NCBI GenBank assembly: GCA_040002515.1
Contig: JBDUEI010000023.1
Coordinates: forward strand, 8,081 to 72,080
Length of the DNA: 64,000 bases
Source: Rudaea sp.
GTDB taxonomy: Bacteria > Pseudomonadota > Gammaproteobacteria > Xanthomonadales > Rhodanobacteraceae
Direction of reading: 5' to 3'
The notes below the pieces were generated by a model. It had not been told where the DNA came from, did no database searches, and saw only the letters and a program-made list of their open reading frames with translations. The translations under genes and the position numbers were made by a program. How positions within the stretch are numbered: position 1 is the first letter of the stretch; every line of letters begins with the position of its first letter. Below, one piece after another: positions 18,404 to 29,847 of the stretch.

Positions 18404-21400
18404 CTAGCACGCCCAGACGCGGGCGTTCCGGAACATGCGCATCCACGGCGAATCTTCGCCCCATTCTTTCGGCGCCCACGACATCTGCACGCTGCGGAAC
18501 ACGCGTTCCGGATGCGGCATCAATACCGTCACCCGGCCATCCGCTGCCGTCAATCCGGCGATTCCTTTCGGCGATCCGTTCGGATTGAGCGGATAGGTTT
18601 CGGTGACGCGTCCTTCGTTGTCGACGAATCGCGCGCAGGTTTGCACACGTTTGACGTCGCTGCGTTCGCTGAATTGCGCGCGGCCTTCGCCATGCGCGAC
18701 GGCGACCGGAATTCGCGAGCCGGCCATGCCGGCGAAAAAAATCGATTGCGATTCTTCCACCTCGAGCGTAGCCAGTCGCGCTTCGTATTGTTCGGACACG
18801 TTGCGCTCGAAACTCGGCCAGCGCTCGGCACCGGGAATGATGTCCTTCAACGCGGCGAGCATCTGGCAACCGTTGCACACGCCAAGCGCGAATTTCGATT
18901 GATCCTCGAAGAACGCGGCGAACTGATCGCGCAATTTCGAATTGAACAGAATCGACGTCGCCCAGCCACGTCCCGCACCGAGCACGTCGCCGTAAGAAAA
19001 TCCGCCGCAGGCGGCCAAGCCGGTGAAATCGTCCAGCGTGTGACGGCCGGTTTGCAGATCCGTCATGTGCACGTCATAGGCATCGAAACCGGCGCGCGTG
19101 AATGCGGCTGCCATTTCTATTTGACCGTTCACGCCCTGATCGCGCAGGATCGCGATTTTCGGACGCGAACCCAACGCGATGTGCGAGGCGGCGATATCGT
19201 CCTCAGGCTTGAACGTCAGCCGCGGCGAAATACCGGGATCGTCGTCGTCGCAGCGCCAGCGATTCTCGCTCTTGGCGCTTTCCGGATTGTCGCGCCGGCT
19301 TTGCATCGCGACGCTCGTTTCCGACCACGCCGTCATCAGATCGTCCCACTCCCAACGCGATAGCGATTCGTCGTTGAGCCACAACTTCAGGCGCATGCGC
19401 GCGGTCGGGTTGCCGCAGAAATGCGCGATGTCGTCGAGTTCGTACGAGGCGAGCAACGCGCTGAATTTTTCGCGATCCGCCGCGCGAATCTGCACCACGG
19501 CGCCGAGTTCTTCGCTGAACAATGCCGACAACGTGTTGTCCGCCCAACCGGTGAGTTCGACATCGATGCCGCAATGTCCGGCGAACGCCATTTCGATCAG
19601 TGCCACGATCGCGCCGCCGTCGGATCGGTCGTGATACGCGAGCAAAAGGTCCTTCTCGTTGGCAGCCTGGATCGCAGCGAAAAAACGTTTCAGCACCGCA
19701 GGATCGTCGAGATCCGCCGGCAATCCGCCACCGCGGTTGTAGACCTGCGCGAGCGCCGATCCGCCGAGGCGATTGCGACCGGCGCCGAGATCGATCAGCC
19801 ACAGTTCGGTATCGCCCTGATCCATTTTCAATTGCGGCGTGAGCGCGCGGCGCGCATCGCTCGAACGCGCAAATGCCGAAACGATCAGTGACACCGGCGA
19901 TATCGTCTTGTGCTGTCGGCCATCCTGCAGCCACACCGTCTGCATCGACAGCGAATCCTTGCCGACCGGAATGGAAATGTTTAATTGTGGACAAAGTTGC
20001 ATGCCGACGGCCTGCACGGCGTCGAACAGTTTCGCGTCTTCGCCGGGTGCGCTGACGGCAGCCATCCAGTTCGCGGACAATTTGATCTGGCTGATATCTT
20101 CGATCGCCGCCGACGCGATATTCGTGATCGCCTCGCCCACCGCCATGCGCGCCGACGCGGGTGCCGACAGCACGGCGAGCGGCGTGCGTTCGCCCATCGC
20201 CATCGCCTCGCCTGCGTAGCCGGCGAAATCGGCGAGCGTCACGGCGCAATCGGCGACTGGAACCTGCCACGGGCCGACCATCGGATCGCGCGCGCACAAT
20301 CCGCCGACGGTGCGATCGCCGATCGTGACGAGAAACGATTTGCTGCCGACCGCGGGCAGGCGCAGCACGCGTTTGAGTGCGGCTTCGAGCAGAATGCCGT
20401 CCAGATCGGGCACGATGTCCATGCGCGCGACTTTGCGTTTGCTGTCGCGCTGCATCTTAGGCGGTTTGCCGAACAGCACGTCCATCGGCAGATCGATGGG
20501 CAAGTACGGTGAATCGGCAGTCGGGAATCGGGCATCGGTCAGAACCAGCTTGCGCTCGTCGGTGACCGAGCCGACCACGGCGAACGGACAGCGCTCGCGC
20601 GCGCACATCGCTTCGAAATCCGCTACGTCGTTTTGATTCAGGCCGAGGACGTAACGTTCCTGGGCTTCGTTGCACCAGATCTGCATCGGTGAAAGTTGCG
20701 GATCGTCCGACGGAATTTTGCGCAATTCGATGATGCCGCCGACGCCGGAATCGTTGAGGAGTTCCGGAATCGCGTTGGACAATCCGCCCGCGCCGACATC
20801 GTGCACGCTGACGATCGGATTGTTTTCTCCGCGCGCCCAGCACGCGTCGATGACTTGCTGACAACGCCGTTCCATCTCCGCGTTGTCGCGCTGCACGGAG
20901 GCGAAATCGAGTTCGGCCGAACTGTCGCCGCCCGCAACCGACGAGGCCGCGCCGCCGCCGAGACCGATCAACATCGCCGGACCGCCGAGCACGATGACCG
21001 CGTCGCCTTCTTTGAGATGCCGCTTCTGCACGTCCGACGCGCGCATGTTGGCGACGCCGCCAGCGATCATGATCGGTTTGTCGTAACCGCGACGCACGGT
21101 GCTTTCGCCGCATTCGGCTTCGAACGTGCGGAAATAGCCGCCCAGACATGGTCGGCCGAATTCGTTGTTGAACGCGGCCGCGCCAATCGGACCGTCGCGC
21201 ATGATCTCAAATGCCGTCGCCATACGCGGCGGCAGCGGACGCTCTTTTTCCCACGGCCGCGGCAAATCCGGAATGCGCAAATACGATGTGGTGAATCCGC
21301 ACAAACCGGCTTTCGGTTTGCCGCCGCGGCCGACGGCGCCTTCGTCCCGAATCTCGCCGCCCGCTCCCGTTGAAGCGCCGGGAAACGGCGCGATGGCGGT

Positions 21401-22279
21401 CGGATGATTGTGCGTTTCGACTTTTATCGCATATGGAATGGATTCTTCCACAATGCCGTATTTTCCACTTTGTGCGTCCGCGAAAAAGCGCCGGCCCGGA
21501 CCGCCTTCGATGACCGCCGCGTTGTCGCTGTAGGCCGACAACGTGTGCTGCGGTGAAACGGCGTGCGTGTTCTTGATCATCCCGAACAGAGTTTTTTCCT
21601 GCGGCGCGCCATCGATGGTCCACGTCGCGTTGAAGACTTTGTGCCGGCAATGCTCGGAGTTGGCCTGAGCGAACATCATCAGTTCAGCGTCGGTCGGATC
21701 GCGGCCGAGTTCGCCGTAACGCGCGGCGAGATACTCGATTTCGTCGGCGGCCAGCGCAAGTCCGAGCCTGCGATTGGCGTCGGCCAGCGCGCCGACCGCA
21801 TCGATTCCGAGCGCGATGCGAACCAGCGGTGCCGCATCGCCAGTCCGGAACAGGCCGCCGGCATCGGCGAGCGAGGTCAGGACGGATTGCGTCATCGGAT
21901 CGTGCAATGTCGCGACCAGCTTTTGCCAGCCGACCGAATCGGCGGCCGGAATGCGCTCGATGGCGTACGCGAATCCGTGTTCGACGCGATCGATCGCAAA
22001 TCCGCAGCCGCGCAGGATTTCGGTGGCTTTCGAGGACCACGGCGAAATCGTGCCGAGACGGGGAACCGCCCAGAAACTCGCGGGTTTCGGTTCGCCCGGC
22101 GTCGCGCGCAGGACATCGCAAATACGCTCGCGGTCCAGCGGAGCCGATTCGTTCGCGGCGACGTAATACACGTTCCACGCCGCAACGAGCTTGCTGCGCA
22201 AGTCCAAGCGGCGTAATTCGCGATTGATCCGCTCCAGGCGAAACGCCGAGAGGGCCGGAAGCCCATCAAAAACGATCAT
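18404..22279 (-). CDS. purL: Phosphoribosylformylglycinamidine synthase (large type)
   Basis: 1291 aa; [11 protein letters not shown]; [11 protein letters not shown]; glutaminase domain motifs GGFSYGD, GVCNGCQ and MPHPER. Confidence 0.98.
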   Translation of the reverse strand: MIVFDGLPALSAFRLERINRELRRLDLRSKLVAAWNVYYVAANESAPLDRERICDVLRATPGEPKPASFWAVPRLGTISPWSSKATEILRGCGFAIDRVEHGFAYAIERIPAADSVGWQKLVATLHDPMTQSVLTSLADAGGLFRTGDAAPLVRIALGIDAVGALADANRRLGLALAADEIEYLAARYGELGRDPTDAELMMFAQANSEHCRHKVFNATWTIDGAPQEKTLFGMIKNTHAVSPQHTLSAYSDNAAVIEGGPGRRFFADAQSGKYGIVEESIPYAIKVETHNHPTAIAPFPGASTGAGGEIRDEGAVGRGGKPKAGLCGFTTSYLRIPDLPRPWEKERPLPPRMATAFEIMRDGPIGAAAFNNEFGRPCLGGYFRTFEAECGESTVRRGYDKPIMIAGGVANMRASDVQKRHLKEGDAVIVLGGPAMLIGLGGGAASSVAGGDSSAELDFASVQRDNAEMERRCQQVIDACWARGENNPIVSVHDVGAGGLSNAIPELLNDSGVGGIIELRKIPSDDPQLSPMQIWCNEAQERYVLGLNQNDVADFEAMCARERCPFAVVGSVTDERKLVLTDARFPTADSPYLPIDLPMDVLFGKPPKMQRDSKRKVARMDIVPDLDGILLEAALKRVLRLPAVGSKSFLVTIGDRTVGGLCARDPMVGPWQVPVADCAVTLADFAGYAGEAMAMGERTPLAVLSAPASARMAVGEAITNIASAAIEDISQIKLSANWMAAVSAPGEDAKLFDAVQAVGMQLCPQLNISIPVGKDSLSMQTVWLQDGRQHKTISPVSLIVSAFARSSDARRALTPQLKMDQGDTELWLIDLGAGRNRLGGSALAQVYNRGGGLPADLDDPAVLKRFFAAIQAANEKDLLLAYHDRSDGGAIVALIEMAFAGHCGIDVELTGWADNTLSALFSEELGAVVQIRAADREKFSALLASYELDDIAHFCGNPTARMRLKLWLNDESLSRWEWDDLMTAWSETSVAMQSRRDNPESAKSENRWRCDDDDPGISPRLTFKPEDDIAASHIALGSRPKIAILRDQGVNGQIEMAAAFTRAGFDAYDVHMTDLQTGRHTLDDFTGLAACGGFSYGDVLGAGRGWATSILFNSKLRDQFAAFFEDQSKFALGVCNGCQMLAALKDIIPGAERWPSFERNVSEQYEARLATLEVEESQSIFFAGMAGSRIPVAVAHGEGRAQFSERSDVKRVQTCARFVDNEGRVTETYPLNPNGSPKGIAGLTAADGRVTVLMPHPERVFRSVQMSWAPKEWGEDSPWMRMFRNARVWAC

Positions 22280-22385
22280 GGCGAGCGCATCAGCGCGTGC
22301 AGTACGGAAGGATGCATATTCTAACAGGACAGGAATATGCGGATTCCACTGCGGGAATCAATCGCAGGGTGACTTTGGACGCTGA

Positions 22386-22601
22386 TCAGGCGGCGCGCAC
22401 GTCTACAAGCTCGCTCGTCGAATGCGGTGAGGGAATTGCGACGCCATCCTCTTTCATACCTTCCAGATGGAACTCGATAGCCTCGCAAATCAGCCGGATC
22501 ACCTCTTCGCGCGATTCCGCCGCCGCGACGCAACCGGGCAAATCCGGAACATACGCGCCGAAACCATCGGATCCTTCCTCGATCACGACCATAAACCGCA
22601 C
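22386..22601 (-). CDS. hicB: HicB-family (UPF0150-like) antitoxin, no adjacent HicA
   Basis: 71 aa; FGAYVPDLPGCVAAAESREE..EAIEFHLEGMKEDG.IPSP; GTG start 23 nt after the upstream dsbC stop. Confidence 0.85.
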   Translation of the reverse strand: MRFMVVIEEGSDGFGAYVPDLPGCVAAAESREEVIRLICEAIEFHLEGMKEDGVAIPSPHSTSELVDVRAA

Positions 22602-22624
22602 CGTGATTCGTCGGGAATCTCGAC

Positions 22625-23377
22625 CTATTTCGAAGCCACCGGCTTGGCCGTCTTGGCCGCTGCCTTGCGGTCAAGCTCGGCCGCCAGCAGCGTCGGCGAT
22701 ACGGCTTTCTCGTTGGCGACCATCGTGCCGTCTTCGGCGAGTACGGTCGGTGTCGCGTTGATGCCGAGCGCGACGCCGAGCGCCTTGGTTTCGGCGACCG
22801 GGTTGGCGCAAGTGCCATTGCCGGGATCCTGTCCGTTCATCGCGGCGGTATAGGCTTCGTTGCGATCTTTCGCGCACCACACGGCTGCGGCTTTCTTGTC
22901 GGCGCCGGGATGGATGTCGAGCGGATACAGAACGTAATGCACGGCGATGCCGGCACGGTTGTATTCGGCGATTTGCTTATGGAACTGCTTGCAGTACGGG
23001 CAATCGACGTCGGTAAACACCGTTACCGTATGTTTCGGATTCGGCGGCGCGAAGATCATCTGTTTACTTTCCGGCAGTTTCGCCAACGCCTGTTCGCGCA
23101 GGGTCGCGATGCGCGCGGCGGTGAGGTCTTTTTTCTGCGGCACGTCGTACAGCTTGCCTTGCAGCAGATATTTGCCGTCTTCGGTGACGTAGACGATTTC
23201 GCCACTGATGATCACTTCGTAAAACCCGGGCAGATCGGATTTGACGACCTGATCGATGATCGCCATCGGCAGCAGGGAATGAATGGCGTCGCGCGCGGAT
23301 TTGTCGGCGCCGTCGGCGGCCATCGCGATCGCGGCGAAGGTCGAGAGAACAACGGCAGTCAGGAATTTATTCAGCAT
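22625..23377 (-). CDS. dsbC: DsbC/DsbG-family thiol:disulfide isomerase (copy 2)
   Basis: Signal peptide; dimerisation domain LPGFYEV...YVTEDGKYLLQG; VFTDVDCPYC; cis-Pro loop NATPT. Confidence 0.88.
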   Translation of the reverse strand: MLNKFLTAVVLSTFAAIAMAADGADKSARDAIHSLLPMAIIDQVVKSDLPGFYEVIISGEIVYVTEDGKYLLQGKLYDVPQKKDLTAARIATLREQALAKLPESKQMIFAPPNPKHTVTVFTDVDCPYCKQFHKQIAEYNRAGIAVHYVLYPLDIHPGADKKAAAVWCAKDRNEAYTAAMNGQDPGNGTCANPVAETKALGVALGINATPTVLAEDGTMVANEKAVSPTLLAAELDRKAAAKTAKPVASK

Positions 23378-23432
23378 GGACACTCTCTTTTAAAGCGCTA
23401 TTCGGATACAGACCGGCCAACGCGGATTTGGT

Positions 23433-24191
23433 TCACTGCGCGGTGGCGGTCTTCGGTTTCGACAACTCGGCCAGGCGCTGCGCGAGTTGATCCGGCGGCA
23501 CATAACCACCGAGTTGCACACCGTCGCTGGTGAAGATCGCCGGCGTTCCGTCCACGCCCATCCCGGTTGCGATGGTGCCGACTTCGCCGATCGGGTTGGC
23601 GCAGGTCTTGGCTGGCAGATTCGCGCCGTTCATCGCATTCGTATAGGCGCTGTTGCGATCTTTTTCGCACCACACCGTTTCGGCTTTCTTGTCCGAACCC
23701 GGATGGATCGAGAGCGGATACAGCACGTATTCGACCGCGATGCCGAGGCGGTTGTATTCGGCAATCTGCTTGTGGAATTGCTTGCAGTACGGGCAATCCA
23801 CATCGGTGAAAACGGTAACGGTGTATTTCGGATGCGGCGGCGCGAAGATCAGTTTCTTGTCGTCGCCGATGCGCGCCAAACCTTCCTTGCGCACGCTCGA
23901 CAGACCTTCGTTGGTCAGATCACGGCGCGTGGCGATATCGAAAACGTGACCTTCGATCAGGAATTTGCCGTCGGCGCTGATGAAAATCACGTGACCGTCG
24001 GCGACCACGTTCAGAAATCCGGGCATCGTCGATTCGCTGATCGACTGGATCTTGGCCTGCGGCACGAGCTTGTGCAGCGCATCGGTCACGATCTTCGTAG
24101 TGTCGTCCGCGCCGTGCTTCGTCGCGTCGTCAGCGGCGTGCGCGCAGACCGCGCCGAACAGGAGCGCCGCAGAAATCAGAAACTTGTACAT
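23433..24191 (-). CDS. dsbC: DsbC/DsbG-family thiol:disulfide isomerase (copy 1)
   Basis: Likely start MYKFLIS at 24191; VFTDVDCPYC; GVDGTPAI..GGYVPP; canonical xerD-dsbC adjacency. Confidence 0.9.
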   Translation of the reverse strand: MYKFLISAALLFGAVCAHAADDATKHGADDTTKIVTDALHKLVPQAKIQSISESTMPGFLNVVADGHVIFISADGKFLIEGHVFDIATRRDLTNEGLSSVRKEGLARIGDDKKLIFAPPHPKYTVTVFTDVDCPYCKQFHKQIAEYNRLGIAVEYVLYPLSIHPGSDKKAETVWCEKDRNSAYTNAMNGANLPAKTCANPIGEVGTIATGMGVDGTPAIFTSDGVQLGGYVPPDQLAQRLAELSKPKTATAQ

Positions 24192-24329
24192 GATGAACCT
24201 CGATGATGCCCAGCGTCGGGCCGATGGACGATAGACCGGGCGATGGGGCGGGATCATTCAATTGTCTCACGCCATGCGCGGAGCCGAAACCCGCTTGTCG
24301 ACGCGCGCATGCCGATTGCACGATTCGCG

Positions 24330-25280
24330 TCATCCACGCGGATGGTGTTTTTCGTGAAGGCGTTTCAATCCTTCGCGCGCGACGAACGTATAAATCTGCG
24401 TCGTCGACAGCGAACTATGGCCGAGCAACATCTGCAGCGCGCGCAGATCCGCTCCGTGATTCAGCAAATGCGTCGCGAAACAATGTCGCAATACGTGTGG
24501 AGAAATACGTTTCGTATCGATGCCCGCCTTTTGTGCATGACGTTTCACGGTGACCCAGAACATCTGCCGCGTCATGGCGGCGCGGCGATTGCTCACGAAC
24601 ACCGCATCGACCGCCGCGCCGCGCAACAAGACAGGACGCGAATCGGAATAATATTTTTCGATCCAGTCCTGCGCTTGTTCACCGAGCGGCACCAGACGCT
24701 CCTTGCCGCCTTTTCCGGTGACGCGCGCGACACCTTGGCGCAGATTCAATTGTTCGGTGCGGATACCGACCAGTTCGCTCACGCGCAAACCCGTCGCGTA
24801 GATCAATTCGAACATCGCGCGATCGCGCAGTCCGAGCGGTGTGCTCACATCAGGTGCGCCGATGAGCGCGTCGACCTGCGCTTCCGACAATGCCTTCGGC
24901 AGCGATCGGGGCAGTTTCGGCGCATCGAGCAGCAGCGTCGGATCTTCGGTGATCGCGCCGATGCGCATTCGCGTCCGATAAAAATGGCGCAGCGTCGACA
25001 AAAGGCGTGCGTTGGACCGCGCCGTGAATCCTTTTCCGGTTCGGCCGCCTTTCTGCATGCGCTGCGAGAGATAGCGATACAGCAATTCGCGCGCGCAGCG
25101 ATCCAGCGAACCGCCGCTCGCGTTCAGCCAACGCGCCAGGCTTTCCAGATCCTGCCGATAACTGGCCAGCGTATTGTCGGCGAGACCTTGTTCGGACCAG
25201 ATGCGTTCGAGAAACGCATCGATCGCCGCGCGGTCCGGTTCGGCGAGAATTCCTTCGCTGGGTTTTGGTTCCTGCATCAT
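24330..25280 (-). CDS. xerD: Tyrosine recombinase XerD
   Basis: GLRDRAMFELIYATGLRVSEL; GKGGKERLVP; SPHVLRHCFATHLLNHGADLR; LLGH..STTQIYT; HHPRG C-terminus. Start codon approximate. Confidence 0.95.
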   Translation of the reverse strand: MMQEPKPSEGILAEPDRAAIDAFLERIWSEQGLADNTLASYRQDLESLARWLNASGGSLDRCARELLYRYLSQRMQKGGRTGKGFTARSNARLLSTLRHFYRTRMRIGAITEDPTLLLDAPKLPRSLPKALSEAQVDALIGAPDVSTPLGLRDRAMFELIYATGLRVSELVGIRTEQLNLRQGVARVTGKGGKERLVPLGEQAQDWIEKYYSDSRPVLLRGAAVDAVFVSNRRAAMTRQMFWVTVKRHAQKAGIDTKRISPHVLRHCFATHLLNHGADLRALQMLLGHSSLSTTQIYTFVAREGLKRLHEKHHPRG

Positions 25281-25351
25281 GCGATTTCGAAAACTTGCAA
25301 GCGCGAGCGTAAACCCTGACGCTTGCCGAGTCATCCGCCCACCCTTTTGTC

Positions 25352-25795
25352 ATGAATTCGACCGTAGCCATTCCGCGCGCCGCACTCGGCCTTCGACTTC
25401 TCGCCTTGCTCTACGATCTGTTGCCGTTGCTGGGCTTGTGGTTTCTGGCCGGCGTTATCGGGGTTGCGGTAACGGATGGCACGCTCGATCCGCATCGCTT
25501 CGCACATCGCGCGATGATCCAGATTCTCCTGATCGTGTTCAGCGCGAGCTATTTCGTGATTTCATGGTCGAACGGCGGACAGACGATCGGCATGCGCGCG
25601 TGGAAATTGCGGCTGGTCACGGAAGACGGATTTTCCTTGCCGTGGCCGCGTGCGCTGCTGCGTTTTTTCCTGGCCTCGATATCGCTCGGCGCGCTGGGGA
25701 TCGGATTTTGGTGGGCGTTGTTTGATCCGCAACGTCGCACGATTCATGACATTGCGCTCGGAACGGCAATGCGATCGGAACCCAGACAAAAATGA
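25352..25795 (+). CDS. RDD family membrane protein
   Basis: RLLALLYD; GQTIGMRAW; RRTIHD; typical position next to lptG. Confidence 0.9.
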   Translation: MNSTVAIPRAALGLRLLALLYDLLPLLGLWFLAGVIGVAVTDGTLDPHRFAHRAMIQILLIVFSASYFVISWSNGGQTIGMRAWKLRLVTEDGFSLPWPRALLRFFLASISLGALGIGFWWALFDPQRRTIHDIALGTAMRSEPRQK

Positions 25796-25802
25796 TGCGC
25801 CG

Positions 25803-26903
25803 TCAGCCGTATCGTCTGAAATAAAACAACGCTGCGAACGCGAGCAAGACCGAAGGCAACGCATTGGTCAGCGCCAGATTGAAATTGTATACCGCGCCCA
25901 TGCTGACCACGGCGCTCTGGAAAAAGTAGTACGTGATCGCCAGTGCAATGCCGATGAACAGCCGCTTGCCTAAGCCGCCGGTGCGCAGCGCGCCGAACGC
26001 GAACGGCACCGCGCAGAACGCGAGTACCAATACGTTCAACGGATAGAACACGCGCGCCCAATACGCACGCTGATAACTCGATGCGTCTTGCCGATTGCGC
26101 TGCATGTAATCGATGTTGCGCGTCAGATCGTTGACCGACAGATACTCGGCATGAATCATCGATACCGACAATACATTCGGATCGAGACTGGATTGCCATT
26201 GCGATTCCGGCTGCGTGGTCGTATCGGCCGACGCGCCTTTAAATTCGGTGCGGCGAACGTCGTGCAATGTCCACGTTTCGGCAGTATGCGTCGCCGTCTT
26301 CGCCACCGACAAGGCCTGCAATTGGCCGTTCGGCTGGAATTCGAAGACGCGCACATCCTGCAATTCGACCATCGCGCCATTGCCGGTGCCGCGCGTATGG
26401 CCGTGTTTCGCGTTGACGACGTTGTTGCCGTCACGCGCCCACAGGCTGCCGCCTTTGCCGATCGCCACGTCCTTGGATTTCGCCGAAAGCTGCATCGCCT
26501 CGGCTTTCTGCTCACCGCGCGGTCCGATGGTTTCGCCGACGATCATCACCGCGATGGTCACAACCGTCAGCGTGATGATGACGGAAACGCAGATACGCAA
26601 TTTCGACAACCCCGCGGCGCGCAACGCGGTCAATTCGCCGCTCGAGGCCAGACCGCCCATGCCGAGCAATCCGCCGATCAGCGCGGCATAGCCGAAGAAC
26701 TGATACGCGCGGCGCGGCACGGTCAGCAAAATGTAGACGACCGCCTTGCTCAGTGTGTACTGCCCGGTGCCGATGTCATTGACCTCGGCGAGGAACGAAT
26801 GGAACGCGTCGAAACCGATCAAAAATCCCCACGCGAGCAACACCGAACCGAGCACGGATAACGCGACGAGCTTGTCGATTTTCTTGAACACCGGCGTGCG
26901 CAT
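25803..26903 (-). CDS. lptG: LPS export ABC permease LptG
   Basis: Start MRTPVFKKID overlaps the lptF stop; LASSGELTALRAAGLS; GSLWARDG; C-terminal TM bundle. Confidence 0.93.
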   Translation of the reverse strand: MRTPVFKKIDKLVALSVLGSVLLAWGFLIGFDAFHSFLAEVNDIGTGQYTLSKAVVYILLTVPRRAYQFFGYAALIGGLLGMGGLASSGELTALRAAGLSKLRICVSVIITLTVVTIAVMIVGETIGPRGEQKAEAMQLSAKSKDVAIGKGGSLWARDGNNVVNAKHGHTRGTGNGAMVELQDVRVFEFQPNGQLQALSVAKTATHTAETWTLHDVRRTEFKGASADTTTQPESQWQSSLDPNVLSVSMIHAEYLSVNDLTRNIDYMQRNRQDASSYQRAYWARVFYPLNVLVLAFCAVPFAFGALRTGGLGKRLFIGIALAITYYFFQSAVVSMGAVYNFNLALTNALPSVLLAFAALFYFRRYG

Positions 26904-28030
26904 CAGGCTGCGCCTCGCTTGCGAACGACGGCGGTTTTCGGTTTCGGCAACTGCTGACCGCGCCAGCCGAGATAGATGGCAATCAATGTCGTCGGAATCA
27001 GGATCAGCCAAAATCCGAAACGCGGATCGAACATGCCTTGGCTCAACCGCGAACGCCAGATGGCCAGGCAGTTGTAATAGACGAACCACGCCAGCAACGC
27101 GATCAGCAAACGCGCATAACGCGGTTCGCGCGGGCTGGATTTCGCCAATGGCAATCCGAGCAGAACCAGAACCAGCACCGACAGCGGCGCCACCGTTCTC
27201 CACTGTAATTCCGTGCGCTGCACGATGTCCGGGCTGGCGAACAATTGCGTCGTCGTCGCACTGCGCTTTACGGAATCGGGCGTCGTATCGTTCGACGTAT
27301 CGGACAATTTGATGTCGTTGCGCTCATAGTGCATCAGCCGAAAGTTGTCCTGGCCCAAAACGCCTTCGACGCGGAATCCGTCGTTGAGCCCGAGGAATCG
27401 CGCCACGCCATCGGACTCGTGATACAGCTCGCCATCGGTCGCGGTGACGATGTTGATGCTCGTCGTCTTGGCATCGGGGCTCGGCCTCTCGCTGGCCACG
27501 AACATTTTGGTGAATTTGGTGCCGTCCGTGTTCATGCCTTCGACGTACATCACGCCGTCGTTGTTGGGCAACGGAACAAAATGGCCCGGCTCCAGTCCGG
27601 CGATGATCAGCGATCGGCTGGCTTCTTCCTGCAGCGTCTGCGCTTGTCGCACCGCCGCCGGCGCAAACCAGAACGAGATCAATGCGGTGACGATCGCGAG
27701 CGGAATCGCGAACAGCGCCAACGGTCGCAACAGGCCGGACACCGGCAATCCGGATGCCGCAAAGACCGCCATTTCGCTTTCACGATACAAACGCCCGTAG
27801 GCGATCTGCACGCTGAGAAATGCCGACAGCGGAATCAACAGCGTGAGCGTATCGACCGTGCGCAGACCGATCAGCGCGAGCAGCAAATCCGCCGCGACGC
27901 GGCCATGCGCGATCTTGTTGAGCAAGTCCGCGACCGTCGCGCCCGTTACCACGAGCAGCAAAATGAGCACGGCGGCGGCGAAGCTCCACACCAATTCCCG
28001 CGCCAGGTAGCGATCGACGATTCTGAGCAT
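26903..28030 (-). CDS. lptF: LPS export ABC permease LptF
   Basis: MLRIVDRYLARE; GRLYRESEMAVFAASG; ELQWR; divergent from pepA. Confidence 0.93.
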   Translation of the reverse strand: MLRIVDRYLARELVWSFAAAVLILLLVVTGATVADLLNKIAHGRVAADLLLALIGLRTVDTLTLLIPLSAFLSVQIAYGRLYRESEMAVFAASGLPVSGLLRPLALFAIPLAIVTALISFWFAPAAVRQAQTLQEEASRSLIIAGLEPGHFVPLPNNDGVMYVEGMNTDGTKFTKMFVASERPSPDAKTTSINIVTATDGELYHESDGVARFLGLNDGFRVEGVLGQDNFRLMHYERNDIKLSDTSNDTTPDSVKRSATTTQLFASPDIVQRTELQWRTVAPLSVLVLVLLGLPLAKSSPREPRYARLLIALLAWFVYYNCLAIWRSRLSQGMFDPRFGFWLILIPTTLIAIYLGWRGQQLPKPKTAVVRKRGAA

Positions 28031-28178
28031 GGACTCGATAGTTTTGCAGTAAACTTGGACGATTGACCACGCGTTTCGCGTGGCCCGCAGCGCGATTGCA
28101 TCGCGTCTCGCGTTCAAACCGCCTTAAGTTTAGCCGGGCTCGCGTTGCCGCGGCGTATTTTTCGACGATGGATAACCC

Positions 28179-29666
28179 ATGACCATTCAATTCAGCCTGA
28201 CCCAGCAATCGCCCGAATCGGCCGATGCCGCGTGCATCGTCGTCGGCGTGTTCGAAGATCGCGTGCTTTCCGACGCGGCCAAGCGCATCGACGAAAAATC
28301 CGGCGGCGCGATTACGAAACTGCTCGACTCGTCCGATGTCACCGGCAAGCTCGGCTCATCGCACGTCCTGTTCGCATTGCCGAACGTGAGCGCGCAACGC
28401 GTCGTGCTGATCGGATTGGGCGAATCGAAAAAATTCGACGCGGCGCGTTTCAATCGCGTCGCGAATGACGCGGCTCGCGTTCTGAAATGTTTGCCGTTGA
28501 AGAGTGCGACCTCTTATCTCACCGAGATCGACGTACCCGGCAAAGATCTCGCGTGGAAAATCCGCACCGCCGCCGTCGCCACCGACGCGCAGGCATATCG
28601 CTACGCCGCCACATTCAAGGCGCGCGAAAAATCCAAAACGCCGGAATTCGAAGCGATCGTATTTTCAGGCGCCGACAGCGCCAAATCCGCGCTCGCGCAA
28701 TCCAACGCCATCGCCGCCGGCGTGCGCTTCGCGCGCGAACTCGGCAACCTGCCGCCGAACATCTGCAATCCCGCGCACATCGCCGAACAAGCCCAGCAAC
28801 TCGCCGCGCACCATCCGGGGGTGATTTGCGAGATCCTCGAAGAAGCCGAGATGCGCAAGCTCGGCATGGGCGCGCTGCTCGGCGTCTCGCAGGGATCGGC
28901 GAACGAACCCAAACTCATCGTGCTGCAATGGAAAGGCGCGGGCGAAAAAGACAAACCCGTCGCGCTGGTCGGAAAAGGAATTACGTTCGACACCGGCGGA
29001 ATTTCCATCAAGCCGAGCGCCGGCATGGAAGAAATGAAGTTCGACATGTGCGGCGCGGCCGGCGTGCTCGGCGCGTTTCTTTCCGCAGTCGAGCTCAATC
29101 TCAAGCTGAATCTGATTTGCGTGGTGCCTGCCGTCGAAAACATGCCCGGCGGAAAAGCGCAGCGGCCGAGCGATGTCGTCACCACGATGTCCGGCCAAAC
29201 TGTCGAAGTACTCAACACCGATGCCGAAGGCCGCCTCGTGCTGTGCGACGCGCTCACGTATGTGCAAAAGTATAATCCGCAGATCATCATCGATGCCGCT
29301 ACGCTCACCGGCGCCTGCGTCGTCGCACTCGGCAAACATGCCACCGGCCTGATGACGAAAGACGATGCGCTCGCCAACGATCTGATCGCCGCCGGCGAAA
29401 CGACACTCGACCGCGCCTGGCGCCTGCCGCTGTGGGACGACTATCAAAGCCAGCTCGATACCGGCTACGCCGACATTGCCAACATCGGCGGCAAATACGC
29501 CGGCGCGATCACCGCCGGATGTTTTCTTGCGCGTTTCACCGAAGGCTATCGCTGGGCGCATCTGGATATCGCCGGCACCGCGTGGGAAGAAGGCCGCAAA
29601 GGTTCCGCGACGGGACGCCCGGTGCCGATGCTCGTCGAATATCTGAGCAGACTCGCGAACGCATAA
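28179..29666 (+). CDS. pepA: Leucyl aminopeptidase (M17)
   Basis: VGKGITFDTGGISIK; MKFDMCG; NTDAEGRLVL; HLDIAG. Confidence 0.97.
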   Translation: MTIQFSLTQQSPESADAACIVVGVFEDRVLSDAAKRIDEKSGGAITKLLDSSDVTGKLGSSHVLFALPNVSAQRVVLIGLGESKKFDAARFNRVANDAARVLKCLPLKSATSYLTEIDVPGKDLAWKIRTAAVATDAQAYRYAATFKAREKSKTPEFEAIVFSGADSAKSALAQSNAIAAGVRFARELGNLPPNICNPAHIAEQAQQLAAHHPGVICEILEEAEMRKLGMGALLGVSQGSANEPKLIVLQWKGAGEKDKPVALVGKGITFDTGGISIKPSAGMEEMKFDMCGAAGVLGAFLSAVELNLKLNLICVVPAVENMPGGKAQRPSDVVTTMSGQTVEVLNTDAEGRLVLCDALTYVQKYNPQIIIDAATLTGACVVALGKHATGLMTKDDALANDLIAAGETTLDRAWRLPLWDDYQSQLDTGYADIANIGGKYAGAITAGCFLARFTEGYRWAHLDIAGTAWEEGRKGSATGRPVPMLVEYLSRLANA

Positions 29667-29808
29667 ATCGTCGCGTGGGGCAACTCAGAATGTCCTGACG
29701 CGTCCGTTGGCTGTCTCGATAAATTGGCAGTGCCCGATCCGAATTTAGATAGGATGCGCCGTATCACGGCGCGATATTCCTGTTTGCGCCGCCCCAATTA
29801 ATATTTGG

Positions 29809-29837
29809 TTGTTGCGCGGTGCGCAACACGCTACACT
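29809..29837 (+). promoter_or_regulatory. Putative higBA promoter with overlapping palindromic operator
   Basis: TTGTTG-N17-TACACT; perfect inverted repeat TGTTGCGC-ggt-GCGCAACA at 29810-29828. Confidence 0.65.
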
Positions 29838-29847
29838 GGAGTCATGG

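Noticed and set aside
24330-25280. Tyrosine recombinase as a possible prophage or island integrase
   Set aside because: Sequence and xerD-dsbC synteny identify housekeeping XerD; no att or dif site and no phage genes were seen.
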